Source: Haloferax volcanii DS2 (GTDB lineage Archaea; Halobacteriota; Halobacteria; Halobacteriales; Haloferacaceae). Taken from it: a stretch of 32,000 nucleotides of DNA. Location of the stretch: the NCBI RefSeq assembly GCF_000025685.1, contig NC_013967.1:420001-452000 (forward strand), in the 5' to 3' direction. The notes beneath the pieces are model-generated. The model was given only the letters and a program-made list of their open reading frames with translations. It was not told the DNA's origin and made no database searches. The position numbers and the translations under genes are program-made. Shown here piece by piece: positions 22,803 to 30,348 of the stretch (position 1 is its first letter; each line of letters starts with the position of its first letter).

Positions 22803-23017
22803 GTTGCTCGGGCGGATTCGAACCTCGGTCGCTCACTCCGTTCGCTCCCTGATTCGAATCGCCCTCGATCCACGAGTTCGTGCCCGCTGTCGCTCGCACA
22901 GAATTAGTGGGCTCGGGCGGATTCGAACCACTCCGTCAACCTCGCTTCGCTCGGTTGCCGCAAGGTTCTCCCGCCCTCTCGACAGAAAATCACGCTCGCT
23001 GCGCTCACGGATTTTCA
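22803..23017 (-). repeat. two tandem tRNA-Val-3'-end-anchored repeat units (V1 22803-22907, V2 22908-23017)
   Basis: 22806-22824 (19 nt) and 22908-22930 (23 nt) are identical to the 3' end of the adjacent tRNA-Val. V1 carries GCTCACTCCGTTCGC (22831-22845). V2 carries a CAACC-TCGCTTCGCTC-GGTTG hairpin (22937-22957). Confidence 0.7.
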
Positions 23018-23091
23018 TGGGCTCGGGCGGATTCGAACCACCGACCTCAGCCTTGTAAAGGCCGCGTCATAACCAACTAGACCACGAGCCC
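23018..23091 (-). tRNA. tRNA-Val (anticodon UAC)
   Basis: Minus strand folds as GGGCTCG-TG-GTCT-AGTTGGTTA-TGAC-G-CGGCC-TTTACAA-GGCTG-AGGTC-GGTGG-TTCGAAT-CCGCC-CGAGCCC-A. TATA-like CGTTATGA lies ~32 nt upstream. Confidence 0.95.
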
Positions 23092-23184
23092 TGCACCTCA
23101 ATCGAACCGGTTCGCGCTCATAACGGTTTTCGTTTCGACCGGTCCCCGGAACCCTTAGACCCGCGGCGACCGTCACGTCCGGCA

Positions 23185-23682
23185 ATGACCTCTCGAGCGC
23201 GAACCGCGCTGCTCGTCGTCGCGGTCGTCGTCGCGGTCGCGAGCGTCGCGTATCTCACCAACCCCGCGGTCGTCCCCGGCTCGACCGACGGCTACGAACG
23301 GACCACGCTCACCGTCGTCGACGACGAGACCGGCGAGACGCTGGCGACAGTCAACGCCCGCGTCGCTGACACCCGCGCCAAGCGCTTTACCGGCCTGAGC
23401 GACACCGAATCGCTCGCCGAAAACGAGGGGATGTGGTTCGTCCACGACTCCTCGGGCACCTACGCCTACGTGATGCGCGACATGGACTTCCCGCTGGACA
23501 TCGTCTTCGTCGCCGAAAACGGCACCATCACGCGCATCCACCACGCCGAACTCGATCCCGAGGGGACGAGCGAGTCCGACCTCACCCGCTACCGCGGAAC
23601 CGGGAAGTACGTCCTCGAACTCCCCTACGGCTACACGAACGAGACCGGAATCGACGCGGGCGACCGAGTCGAAGTCGAGTAG
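23185..23682 (+). CDS. DUF192-domain protein with N-terminal signal/anchor
   Basis: 165 aa. Blocks RFTGLSDTESLAENEGMWFVH, MDFPLDIVFV and YVLELPYGYT match the DUF192 pattern. Confidence 0.8.
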   Translation: MTSRARTALLVVAVVVAVASVAYLTNPAVVPGSTDGYERTTLTVVDDETGETLATVNARVADTRAKRFTGLSDTESLAENEGMWFVHDSSGTYAYVMRDMDFPLDIVFVAENGTITRIHHAELDPEGTSESDLTRYRGTGKYVLELPYGYTNETGIDAGDRVEVE

Positions 23683-23722
23683 AAGCGAAACGCCCGAAGG
23701 GCCGGCGACCGTTGACCCGACC

Positions 23723-23992
23723 ATGACAGCACACGTCGCGGCGCTCTCCGAACTCGAAGGCTGGCGCGCCGAGGAGTTCGCCGCGCGGGTCCACTACCGC
23801 GGGGCTGACGACGCTTACAGCATCGAGTACTACGAACCGTCCGACTGCGTCCTCTACTGGAAGGTGAAAGGCGACGGCGAGGTCGCGGTCCCCGTCGGCC
23901 GCGACACGGTTCCCGACCCGCTGCGCGAGCGCGTCCGACAGGACCTCGTCGAGGCCGGCGTCGACCCCGAGGTCGAAGACCGAGTCGTCTGA
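23723..23992 (+). CDS. small acidic hypothetical protein
   Basis: 89 aa ATG ORF with haloarchaeal acidic composition, filling the gap between DUF192 and the ABC transporter. No family recognised. Confidence 0.5.
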   Translation: MTAHVAALSELEGWRAEEFAARVHYRGADDAYSIEYYEPSDCVLYWKVKGDGEVAVPVGRDTVPDPLRERVRQDLVEAGVDPEVEDRVV

Positions 23993-24096
23993 GCGCCCCG
24001 GACGCGCCCGGCCCGTCAAGAACACCCGGTTTAATCTACCGGCGGCTCGCTCCCTCACCCGAGTACTTTACTGCGAGCGCCCCCTGAACGGTTGTC

Positions 24097-26034
24097 GTGT
24101 CCCCTGAAACCGACGACGACCCGTTCGAGGACCAACGCGAGCGGGTCGACAACCCGATGCGGCGGTTGTTTGCCGAGTACGGCCGCGAGAACACCTTCGA
24201 GTTCGTCGTGGGCGTCCTCGCGAGCGTCGCCGCTCGCGTGCTCGACCTCATGCCGCCGGTCATCCTCGGCCTCGCCATCGACGCCATCATCCGGCAGGAG
24301 ACGTCGTTCGCGGCCGGCTTCCCCGTCCTCCCCGAGGCGTGGATTACCCCGTACGTCCCGGCGACCAGAGACGGCCAGTTCCTCTTGGCGGTCGGCATCA
24401 TCGTGTTCAGTTTCACCGCCGGCGCGGTGTTCCACTGGCTCCGCAACTGGGGATGGAACGCCTACGCCCAGCAGATTCAACACGACGTTCGGACCGACAC
24501 CTACGACCGGATGCAGCTGCTCAACATGGACTTCTTCGCCGACAAGCAGACCGGCGAGATGATGTCCATCCTCTCGAACGACGTGAACCGCCTCGAACGG
24601 TTCCTCAACGACGGGATGAACTCCTTTTTCCGCCTGTTCGTGATGGTCGTCGCCATCGCGGTGGTCCTCCTCTCGTACAACTGGCAGCTCGCGCTCGTCG
24701 CCCTGTTGCCGGTCCCGCTCATCGCGCTTTTCACGTGGAAGTTCGTCGATATCATCCAGCCGAAGTACGCCGACGTGCGCTCGTCGGTCGGCAAGCTCAA
24801 CTCCCGGCTGGAGAACAACCTCGGCGGCATTCAGGTCATCAAGACGTTCAACGCCGAGTCCCACGAGTCCGACCGCGTCGACGGCGTCTCGATGGACTAC
24901 TTCGACGCCAACTGGGACGCCATCAACACCCGCATCAAGTTCTTCCCCGCGCTCCGCATCCTCGCCGGTATCGGCTTTTCGCTCACCTTCGTCGTCGGCG
25001 GCCTGTGGGTCATCAACGGGCAGGGCCCCGGCCCCTTCACCGGCGACCTCGAAATCGGGGAGTTCGTCACCTTCATCCTGCTTACCCAGCAGTTCGTCTG
25101 GCCGCTCGCCCAGTTCGGGCAGATTATCAACATGTACCAGCGTGCCCACGCCTCCAGCGCCCGTATCTTCGGCCTGATGGACGAGCCCGCGCGGCTGGCC
25201 GAACAGCCCGACGCGCCCGACCTCGCCGTCTCCGAGGGCCGCGTCGAGTACGACGACGTGACCTTCGGCTACGGCGACGGCGAGACCGTCGTCGAGGACA
25301 TCTCCTTCGAGGTCGACGGCGGCGAGACGCTCGCGCTCGTCGGCCCCACGGGCGGGGGGAAATCGACGATTCTCAAGCTCCTGATGCGCATGTACGACCC
25401 CGACGAGGGGCACGTCAACATCGACGGCCAAGACGTGCGCGACGTGACCATCTCCAGCCTCCGGGAGTCCATCGCCTACGTCAGCCAGGAGACGTTCCTG
25501 TTCTACGGGACCGTCCGCGACAACATCACCTACGGCACGTTCGACGCCGACGACGAGGCGGTCGTCGCGGCCGCGAAAGCCGCCGAGGCTCACGAGTTCA
25601 TCTCGAACCTCCCCGAGGGGTACGACACCAAGGTCGGCGAGCGCGGCGTGAAGCTCTCGGGCGGCCAGCGCCAGCGCGTCTCCATCGCCCGCGCCATCCT
25701 GAAGGACCCGGACATCCTCGTCCTCGACGAGGCGACCTCGGACGTTGACACCGAGACGGAGATGCTCATCCAGCGCTCGCTGGACGAACTCACGGCCGAC
25801 CGGACGACGTTCAGTATCGCCCACCGCCTGTCGACTATCAAGGACGCGGAGCAAATCGTCGTCCTCGAAGACGGGCGCATCGTCGAGCGCGGGGCGCACG
25901 ACGACCTCCTGTCGGAAGACGGCCTCTACGCCCATCTCTGGGGGGTTCAGGCGGGCGAAATCGACCAACTCCCCGACGAGTTCGTCGAGCGCGCCGCCCG
26001 CCGGCAGGCCGAGGTCGACGCCGGCGACGACTGA
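24097..26034 (+). CDS. ABC transporter, fused permease/ATP-binding protein (MsbA/exporter type)
   Basis: 645 aa. Six-helix TMD followed by an NBD with Walker A GPTGGGKST, signature LSGGQRQR, Walker B ILVLDEATS and H-loop IAHRLST. Confidence 0.9.
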   Translation: MSPETDDDPFEDQRERVDNPMRRLFAEYGRENTFEFVVGVLASVAARVLDLMPPVILGLAIDAIIRQETSFAAGFPVLPEAWITPYVPATRDGQFLLAVGIIVFSFTAGAVFHWLRNWGWNAYAQQIQHDVRTDTYDRMQLLNMDFFADKQTGEMMSILSNDVNRLERFLNDGMNSFFRLFVMVVAIAVVLLSYNWQLALVALLPVPLIALFTWKFVDIIQPKYADVRSSVGKLNSRLENNLGGIQVIKTFNAESHESDRVDGVSMDYFDANWDAINTRIKFFPALRILAGIGFSLTFVVGGLWVINGQGPGPFTGDLEIGEFVTFILLTQQFVWPLAQFGQIINMYQRAHASSARIFGLMDEPARLAEQPDAPDLAVSEGRVEYDDVTFGYGDGETVVEDISFEVDGGETLALVGPTGGGKSTILKLLMRMYDPDEGHVNIDGQDVRDVTISSLRESIAYVSQETFLFYGTVRDNITYGTFDADDEAVVAAAKAAEAHEFISNLPEGYDTKVGERGVKLSGGQRQRVSIARAILKDPDILVLDEATSDVDTETEMLIQRSLDELTADRTTFSIAHRLSTIKDAEQIVVLEDGRIVERGAHDDLLSEDGLYAHLWGVQAGEIDQLPDEFVERAARRQAEVDAGDD

Positions 26035-26077
26035 GGCTTCGCGTACCACTAAGGAGGGGGCAAACACTTCTTTCGGC

Positions 26078-26800
26078 ATGCGACTCTCCGAAGCCACTTG
26101 GACCGAGGTCGCTGACCTCGACGGCGACCTCGCGCTCCTCCCGGTCGGAAGCACGGAACAGCATGGCCCGCACGCGCCGCTCGGCACCGACGCGCTCAAC
26201 GCCGAATCGGTCGCCGAGGTCGGTGCCGACGCGTTCGACGGCGAGGTCGTCGTCGGCCCGACTATCCCGGTCAGCGTCGCCGAGGAACACCGCGCCTTCG
26301 ACGGCACGCTCTGGGTCTCGCCGGACACCTTCCGCGCGTACGTCCGCGAGACTATCGAATCGCTCGCCCACCACGGCTTCGACCGCGTCGTCGTCGTCAA
26401 CGGCCACGGCGGTAACATCGACGCGCTCGCGGAGCTCTGTCGGCGCGTCTCGCGGACGGGCGACGTTTACGCGGTCGCGTTCACGTGGTTCGACGCCGTC
26501 GGTGACCACTCCTCGGACATGGGCCACGGCGGCCCGTTAGAAACCGCCTTACTCCGCCACACGCACCCCGAACTGGTCCGTGAGGACCGAATCGACGAGG
26601 CCCGCGATGGAGGTGCCGACCGCTGGGGCGAGTGGGTCTCGGGCGTCAACCTGGCCCACGACTCCGACGAGTTCACCGACAACGGCGTCGTCGGCGACCC
26701 CGCCAAGGGTGACGCCGACCGCGGCGCGGAACTGGAATCGCTCGCGGCCGACTCGCTCGCGTCGCTCCTCGACGCGGTCGAAAGCCGGAAACTCGACTGA
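26078..26800 (+). CDS. creatininase-family amidohydrolase (ArfB-like)
   Basis: Track ORF 25745..26800 overlaps the ABC gene, so trimmed to the ATG at 26078 (MRLSEATWTEV). Motifs LLPVGSTEQHGPHAPLGTD, VVVNGHGGN and GHGGPLETA. Confidence 0.85.
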   Translation: MRLSEATWTEVADLDGDLALLPVGSTEQHGPHAPLGTDALNAESVAEVGADAFDGEVVVGPTIPVSVAEEHRAFDGTLWVSPDTFRAYVRETIESLAHHGFDRVVVVNGHGGNIDALAELCRRVSRTGDVYAVAFTWFDAVGDHSSDMGHGGPLETALLRHTHPELVREDRIDEARDGGADRWGEWVSGVNLAHDSDEFTDNGVVGDPAKGDADRGAELESLAADSLASLLDAVESRKLD

Positions 26801-26838
26801 ACGGCCCGCGGACGCGGACCGGCGAGTCGGTCTACGGA

Positions 26839-27285
26839 TTACTCCTCTTCTTCGTCTTCGTCTTCGTCTTCGTCCGCGCTGGCGGCTTCCGCCGCTTCGG
26901 CCGCGTCGGTGAGCGCGCCGCGAAGCTGCGGCATCGTGTTGGTGAGTTCCCCGACGAGTTCGTGGGCCTCCTCGACCATCTCGATGAGTGCTTCGAGCTC
27001 TTCGATGGCCGCTTCGAGGTCCTCGGGGTCGTCGAACGCCTCGGCGCGCTGGCCGATGACGTACCACTTCTTGGCCTGTCGGACGTGCTCGGCCGCACCC
27101 TCGACGTCGAGCGAGGAGCGGAGGCCGTTGAGGACGCCGAGGACGTTGTCGGCGTCGGCCTCCCACACGTCGTCCGGGTCGGGAAGCGCCGACCGGGCCT
27201 CGCCGAGATGTTCCTCGACGTCGGCGCGCATCTCCGCCGCCGCCTCTCCGAACAGGTCGTCGTCGCCGAGCGTGCTTTGACTCAT
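26839..27285 (-). CDS. acidic helical hypothetical protein
   Basis: Track ORF 26839..27450, trimmed to the ATG at 27285 (MSQSTLGDDDLFGE) because the longer form overlaps the NUDIX gene. Ends in DEDEDEDEEEE. Confidence 0.6.
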   Translation of the reverse strand: MSQSTLGDDDLFGEAAAEMRADVEEHLGEARSALPDPDDVWEADADNVLGVLNGLRSSLDVEGAAEHVRQAKKWYVIGQRAEAFDDPEDLEAAIEELEALIEMVEEAHELVGELTNTMPQLRGALTDAAEAAEAASADEDEDEDEEEE

Positions 27286-27373
27286 GCTCACACGTTCGGC
27301 GCGCGGGGGTTTAAAAACGACCCCGAAAGTGAAAGTGAAATCGAACGACTCCGGAGTCGTCGCCGCCGGATTC

Positions 27374-27841
27374 TCAGTCCACGTCGCCGAGGTAGACCGC
27401 GCCGCGTGCGTCGCCCATCTCGTCGGAGTCGCCGCTCCGGAGTCGGTCACCGAGCGGGCCGGGGAAGAACCGGACCTCCCCGAGTTCGTCGAGGGGGAGC
27501 CACCGCACGCCGACCTGGACCGAATCGCGCTCCGTCGGGTCGTCCGGCTCGTCTCCCACTCGCTCGCACCAGAAGAAGTGGTCTACTTGATGGCCGTCGT
27601 CTCTATCTTCGTAATGCGTCGAGGGCACGAAGTCCCTGACGTACGCGAGCGACCCGACGGCGACCTCGTAGCCGGTTTCCTCGTACACCTCTCTGCGGAC
27701 CGTCTCCGCGAGCGACTCGCCGCGCTGCTGGCCGCCGCCGGGTGCGACGTACCAGTCCTCGCCGTCGGTGCGGTACTGAATCGCGAGGAGTTCGCCGTCG
27801 CGGACGAGGAGTCCGCGGGCGGCGCTTCGCGGGCGGGTCAT
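27374..27841 (-). CDS. NUDIX hydrolase
   Basis: 155 aa with NUDIX box GGGQQRGESLAETVRREVYEETGY. Its ATG overlaps the stop of the upstream MptD-like gene by 4 nt (ATGA, 27838-27841). Confidence 0.85.
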   Translation of the reverse strand: MTRPRSAARGLLVRDGELLAIQYRTDGEDWYVAPGGGQQRGESLAETVRREVYEETGYEVAVGSLAYVRDFVPSTHYEDRDDGHQVDHFFWCERVGDEPDDPTERDSVQVGVRWLPLDELGEVRFFPGPLGDRLRSGDSDEMGDARGAVYLGDVD

Positions 27842-28179
27842 TCAACCGACACGATTTTCATCAGCGGGTAGCCGTCTTCCATTTCCATTTCGGTCCGGAC
27901 GCGGACGCCCTCGTAGTCGATTTCCATCTCGACTTCCATGAACCGCCCCGTGAGTTCCGTGTAGTCGGCGGTCGACCCGGCGAGTTCGGCGTCCAGCGCG
28001 TCGTCGAGAATGTGGACGGAGACCGACTCGCAGTGCGGTTGGTTCTCGATGGCCTCGGCCATGGCCCGTTCGAGGCTCCGGGCGCTGTCGGGCGAAACCG
28101 GCGTGCCGGCGAACTGGTGATAGAGCGTCCCGAACTTGATGCCCGCCTCGAAGCAGGCCGTCTGCGGGTCTGTGACCAT
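27838..28179 (-). CDS. archaeal dihydroneopterin aldolase (MptD)-like protein
   Basis: 113 aa. N-terminal FEAGIKFGTLYHQF matches my recollection of the archaeal DHNA/MptD family (PF04038). Not verified by search. Confidence 0.6.
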   Translation of the reverse strand: MVTDPQTACFEAGIKFGTLYHQFAGTPVSPDSARSLERAMAEAIENQPHCESVSVHILDDALDAELAGSTADYTELTGRFMEVEMEIDYEGVRVRTEMEMEDGYPLMKIVSVE

Positions 28180-28280
28180 ACCGGGAACACCGTCGCTCTG
28201 GGTTAAAGTTCGGCGGTCCGAAGGGTCCAGCGAGCGCGAACCGGACCTTACTTAGCCTCCCTCGCCGGACGTTACACCGA

Positions 28281-29069
28281 ATGGACCAGCCGGTTTTGCT
28301 GACGGGGGCTGGCGGGCGCGTCGGCCAGGCGATACTAGGGCACATCGGCGACGCCTACGACTGGCGGCTGTTGGACCGCGAGCCACTCTCCGACGAGAAG
28401 ATTCCCGATTCGGTCGACTCCACGGAGGTGTACGTCGCCGACGTCACCGACGAGACCGCCGTGCGAAACGCCATGGACGGCGTCCACGCCGTCATCCACC
28501 TCGCGGGCGACCCGCGTCCCGAAGCGCCGTGGGACAGCGTCCTGCGGAACAACATCGACGGCACCCAACAGATGTTCGACGCCGCGGTCGACGTCGGCGT
28601 CGAGAAGTTCGCGTTCGCCTCCTCGAACCACGCCGTCGGGGCGTACGAAACGACGGACCGGACGCCCGATATGTACCGCCCGCACCACGAGTTCCGACTC
28701 GACGGGACGGAACTACCGCGCCCGAGTAACCTCTACGGCGTGAGCAAGGCCGCCGGCGAGACGCTCGGCCGCTACTACCACGACCACCACGACATCTCGG
28801 TCGTGAACGTCCGCATCGGCAACCTCACTCAGCACCACCCGCCGAAGGAGTACGAACGCGGGCAGGCGATGTGGCTGTCGTACCGCGATTGCGGGCATCT
28901 CTTCGAGTGCTGTATCGAGGCCGACTACGACTACGAAATCGTCTACGGTATCTCCGACAACGACCGTAAGTACTACTCCATCGACCGCGCTCGGGCGGTG
29001 CTCGGCTACGACCCGCAGGACAACTCCGCCGAGTTCACCTTCGAGGGCGAACCGCTGGACGAAGCGTAG
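28281..29069 (+). CDS. NAD(P)-dependent epimerase/dehydratase (extended SDR)
   Basis: 262 aa. Rossmann motif LLTGAGGRVGQAI and catalytic YGVSK. TATA-like TTACTTAGCC lies ~29 nt upstream. Confidence 0.85.
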   Translation: MDQPVLLTGAGGRVGQAILGHIGDAYDWRLLDREPLSDEKIPDSVDSTEVYVADVTDETAVRNAMDGVHAVIHLAGDPRPEAPWDSVLRNNIDGTQQMFDAAVDVGVEKFAFASSNHAVGAYETTDRTPDMYRPHHEFRLDGTELPRPSNLYGVSKAAGETLGRYYHDHHDISVVNVRIGNLTQHHPPKEYERGQAMWLSYRDCGHLFECCIEADYDYEIVYGISDNDRKYYSIDRARAVLGYDPQDNSAEFTFEGEPLDEA

Positions 29070-29133
29070 GTTTCAGGGCTGGCGCATTTTTTCGGAGCGA
29101 CGGATTCCACAGCCAGCAGCGTACCCGCCGTGG

Positions 29134-29559
29134 TCAGGACGTCCGAGTCTCGCCCCGCCCACGGTGTGGGTTCGCCCGATTCCAGACCCAGTAACTGTAC
29201 ACGACGAGCACGACCGCGAGCGCCGTATCGACGACTTCGATAGCGAACAACAGCGGCGGCATCGCGTCCGGCGACGTTGGGAAGATGCCAGCCAAATCGA
29301 GGCCGTAGACGGCGATGTAGAGTACGCCGGCGACGACCGCAACGAGTAGCGCGTCAGTATTCCCCGACCAGAGGCGATACGCGGTGGCGAAGCTCCCCAG
29401 CCCCAGCAGGATGAGAAAAGCGTTGAATCCCCAGTAGACGACTGGGGAGAGATGTTCGAACGACCGCGTCTCGATTGGTCCCCACGGCGCGAGCGAGACG
29501 AGAAGCAGGGTGACGACGGTCAACAAGAGTGCGATTCGTCGAGCGGCGGTTGCTGCCAT
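29134..29559 (-). CDS. integral membrane protein (4 TM), unknown family
   Basis: Track ORF 29134..29715, trimmed to the ATG at 29559 (MAATAARRIALLL). Four hydrophobic helices. Divergent from the HTH_10 gene. Confidence 0.55.
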   Translation of the reverse strand: MAATAARRIALLLTVVTLLLVSLAPWGPIETRSFEHLSPVVYWGFNAFLILLGLGSFATAYRLWSGNTDALLVAVVAGVLYIAVYGLDLAGIFPTSPDAMPPLLFAIEVVDTALAVVLVVYSYWVWNRANPHRGRGETRTS

Positions 29560-29613
29560 AGCTACACTTTCGTCCACTGACGAGATGTGGCTGACTCCGA
29601 GCATACGAGGTGC

Positions 29614-29623
29614 ATTTATAAAT
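29614..29623. promoter_or_regulatory. palindromic TATA element ATTTATAAAT in divergent intergenic region
   Basis: Perfect 10-bp AT palindrome, 55-64 nt from the minus-strand start (29559) and 45-54 nt from the plus-strand start (29668). It could serve both directions. Confidence 0.45.
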
Positions 29624-29667
29624 CCAGTCTTCCGACTCTGCGCCAACATCACTGCCGCACTTGGAAG

Positions 29668-30342
29668 ATGAGATACACCACACTGCGGCTCGGCTGGGAC
29701 GACACCGAACTGCACCCGTTGACAGAAGCGTTCACCGACGACGCGGGCGTCACCATCGAGTCACTCCACTACGTGAATTCGGTCGATGACGGCGGCTACA
29801 CCGAACTGAGTCGCCTCCGGGGCGACCTCGACGCGGCGCGGGAGATCCTCGATTCGATTTCCGAAGTCCGGGCGTTCGACGTCTCTGCTGCTGGTATCGC
29901 GTATATCCACTACGAGTCGTCGCCGCTCATGGACCGACTGCTGGCGGTCGTCTTCGACCACGCAGTCGTCCTCACGTGGCCGGTCACCTTCGCCCGGCCG
30001 AACGGAAACCTCTCGGCGCAACTCACGTTGCTCGGCACCGAGGACGCACTGAGCCACGCGATTGCGACCATCCCGGCCGAAATCGACGTCTCGCTCGTTC
30101 GCACCGGCCGATACGAGGCGTCTGTCCACGACCCGTTGTCGTCGCTCACAGACCGCCAACGCGAGGTTCTCGACGTCGCAGTCCGGGCTGGCTACTACGA
30201 GGTCCCCCGAGAAGCGACACACCGGGAAATCGCCGCCGAACTCGCCGTGGCACCCGGCACTGTGAGTGAGCATCTGCAACGAATCGAAGCCAATCTCGTG
30301 TCGGCACTGGTCGGTGCGACCGGAGCCGACGGCGAGCCGTAA
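29668..30342 (+). CDS. HTH_10 (Bat-type) family transcription regulator
   Basis: Track ORF 29587..30342, trimmed to the ATG at 29668 (MRYTTLRLGW). C-terminal LTDRQREVLDVAVRAGYYEVPREATHREIAAELAVAPGTVSEHLQRIE. Confidence 0.8.
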   Translation: MRYTTLRLGWDDTELHPLTEAFTDDAGVTIESLHYVNSVDDGGYTELSRLRGDLDAAREILDSISEVRAFDVSAAGIAYIHYESSPLMDRLLAVVFDHAVVLTWPVTFARPNGNLSAQLTLLGTEDALSHAIATIPAEIDVSLVRTGRYEASVHDPLSSLTDRQREVLDVAVRAGYYEVPREATHREIAAELAVAPGTVSEHLQRIEANLVSALVGATGADGEP

Positions 30343-30348
30343 CGAGAG

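Noticed and set aside
20992-23040. CRISPR-like reading of the regularly spaced 19-23 nt repeats
   Set aside because: The repeats are copies of tRNA 3' ends. The intervening sequences share motifs with one another, unlike unique spacers. Spacing of 105-133 nt is far too long, only 2-3 copies occur per locus, and no cas genes or leader are present.
22804-23058. 84-aa ORF (and 22880..23080) running through the tRNA-Val trailer repeats, with recurring GGFEP and SLRS peptides
   Set aside because: The repeating peptides simply mirror the DNA repeats. The ORF runs into the tRNA gene on the opposite strand and has no promoter or family support.
24055-26418. 787-aa ORF antisense to the ABC transporter and creatininase genes
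   Set aside because: Same GC artefact. The sense strand carries unmistakable Walker A/B and ABC-signature motifs, and the antisense product has none.
26851-26874. Tandem hexamer (TTCGTC)x4; also the imperfect GGTGTC run at 1034-1063
   Set aside because: Both lie inside coding regions and encode low-complexity tails or linkers (DEDEDEDE, DRHRDRHRH). They are ordinary coding microsatellites. Slippage is possible, but nothing suggests a distinct element.
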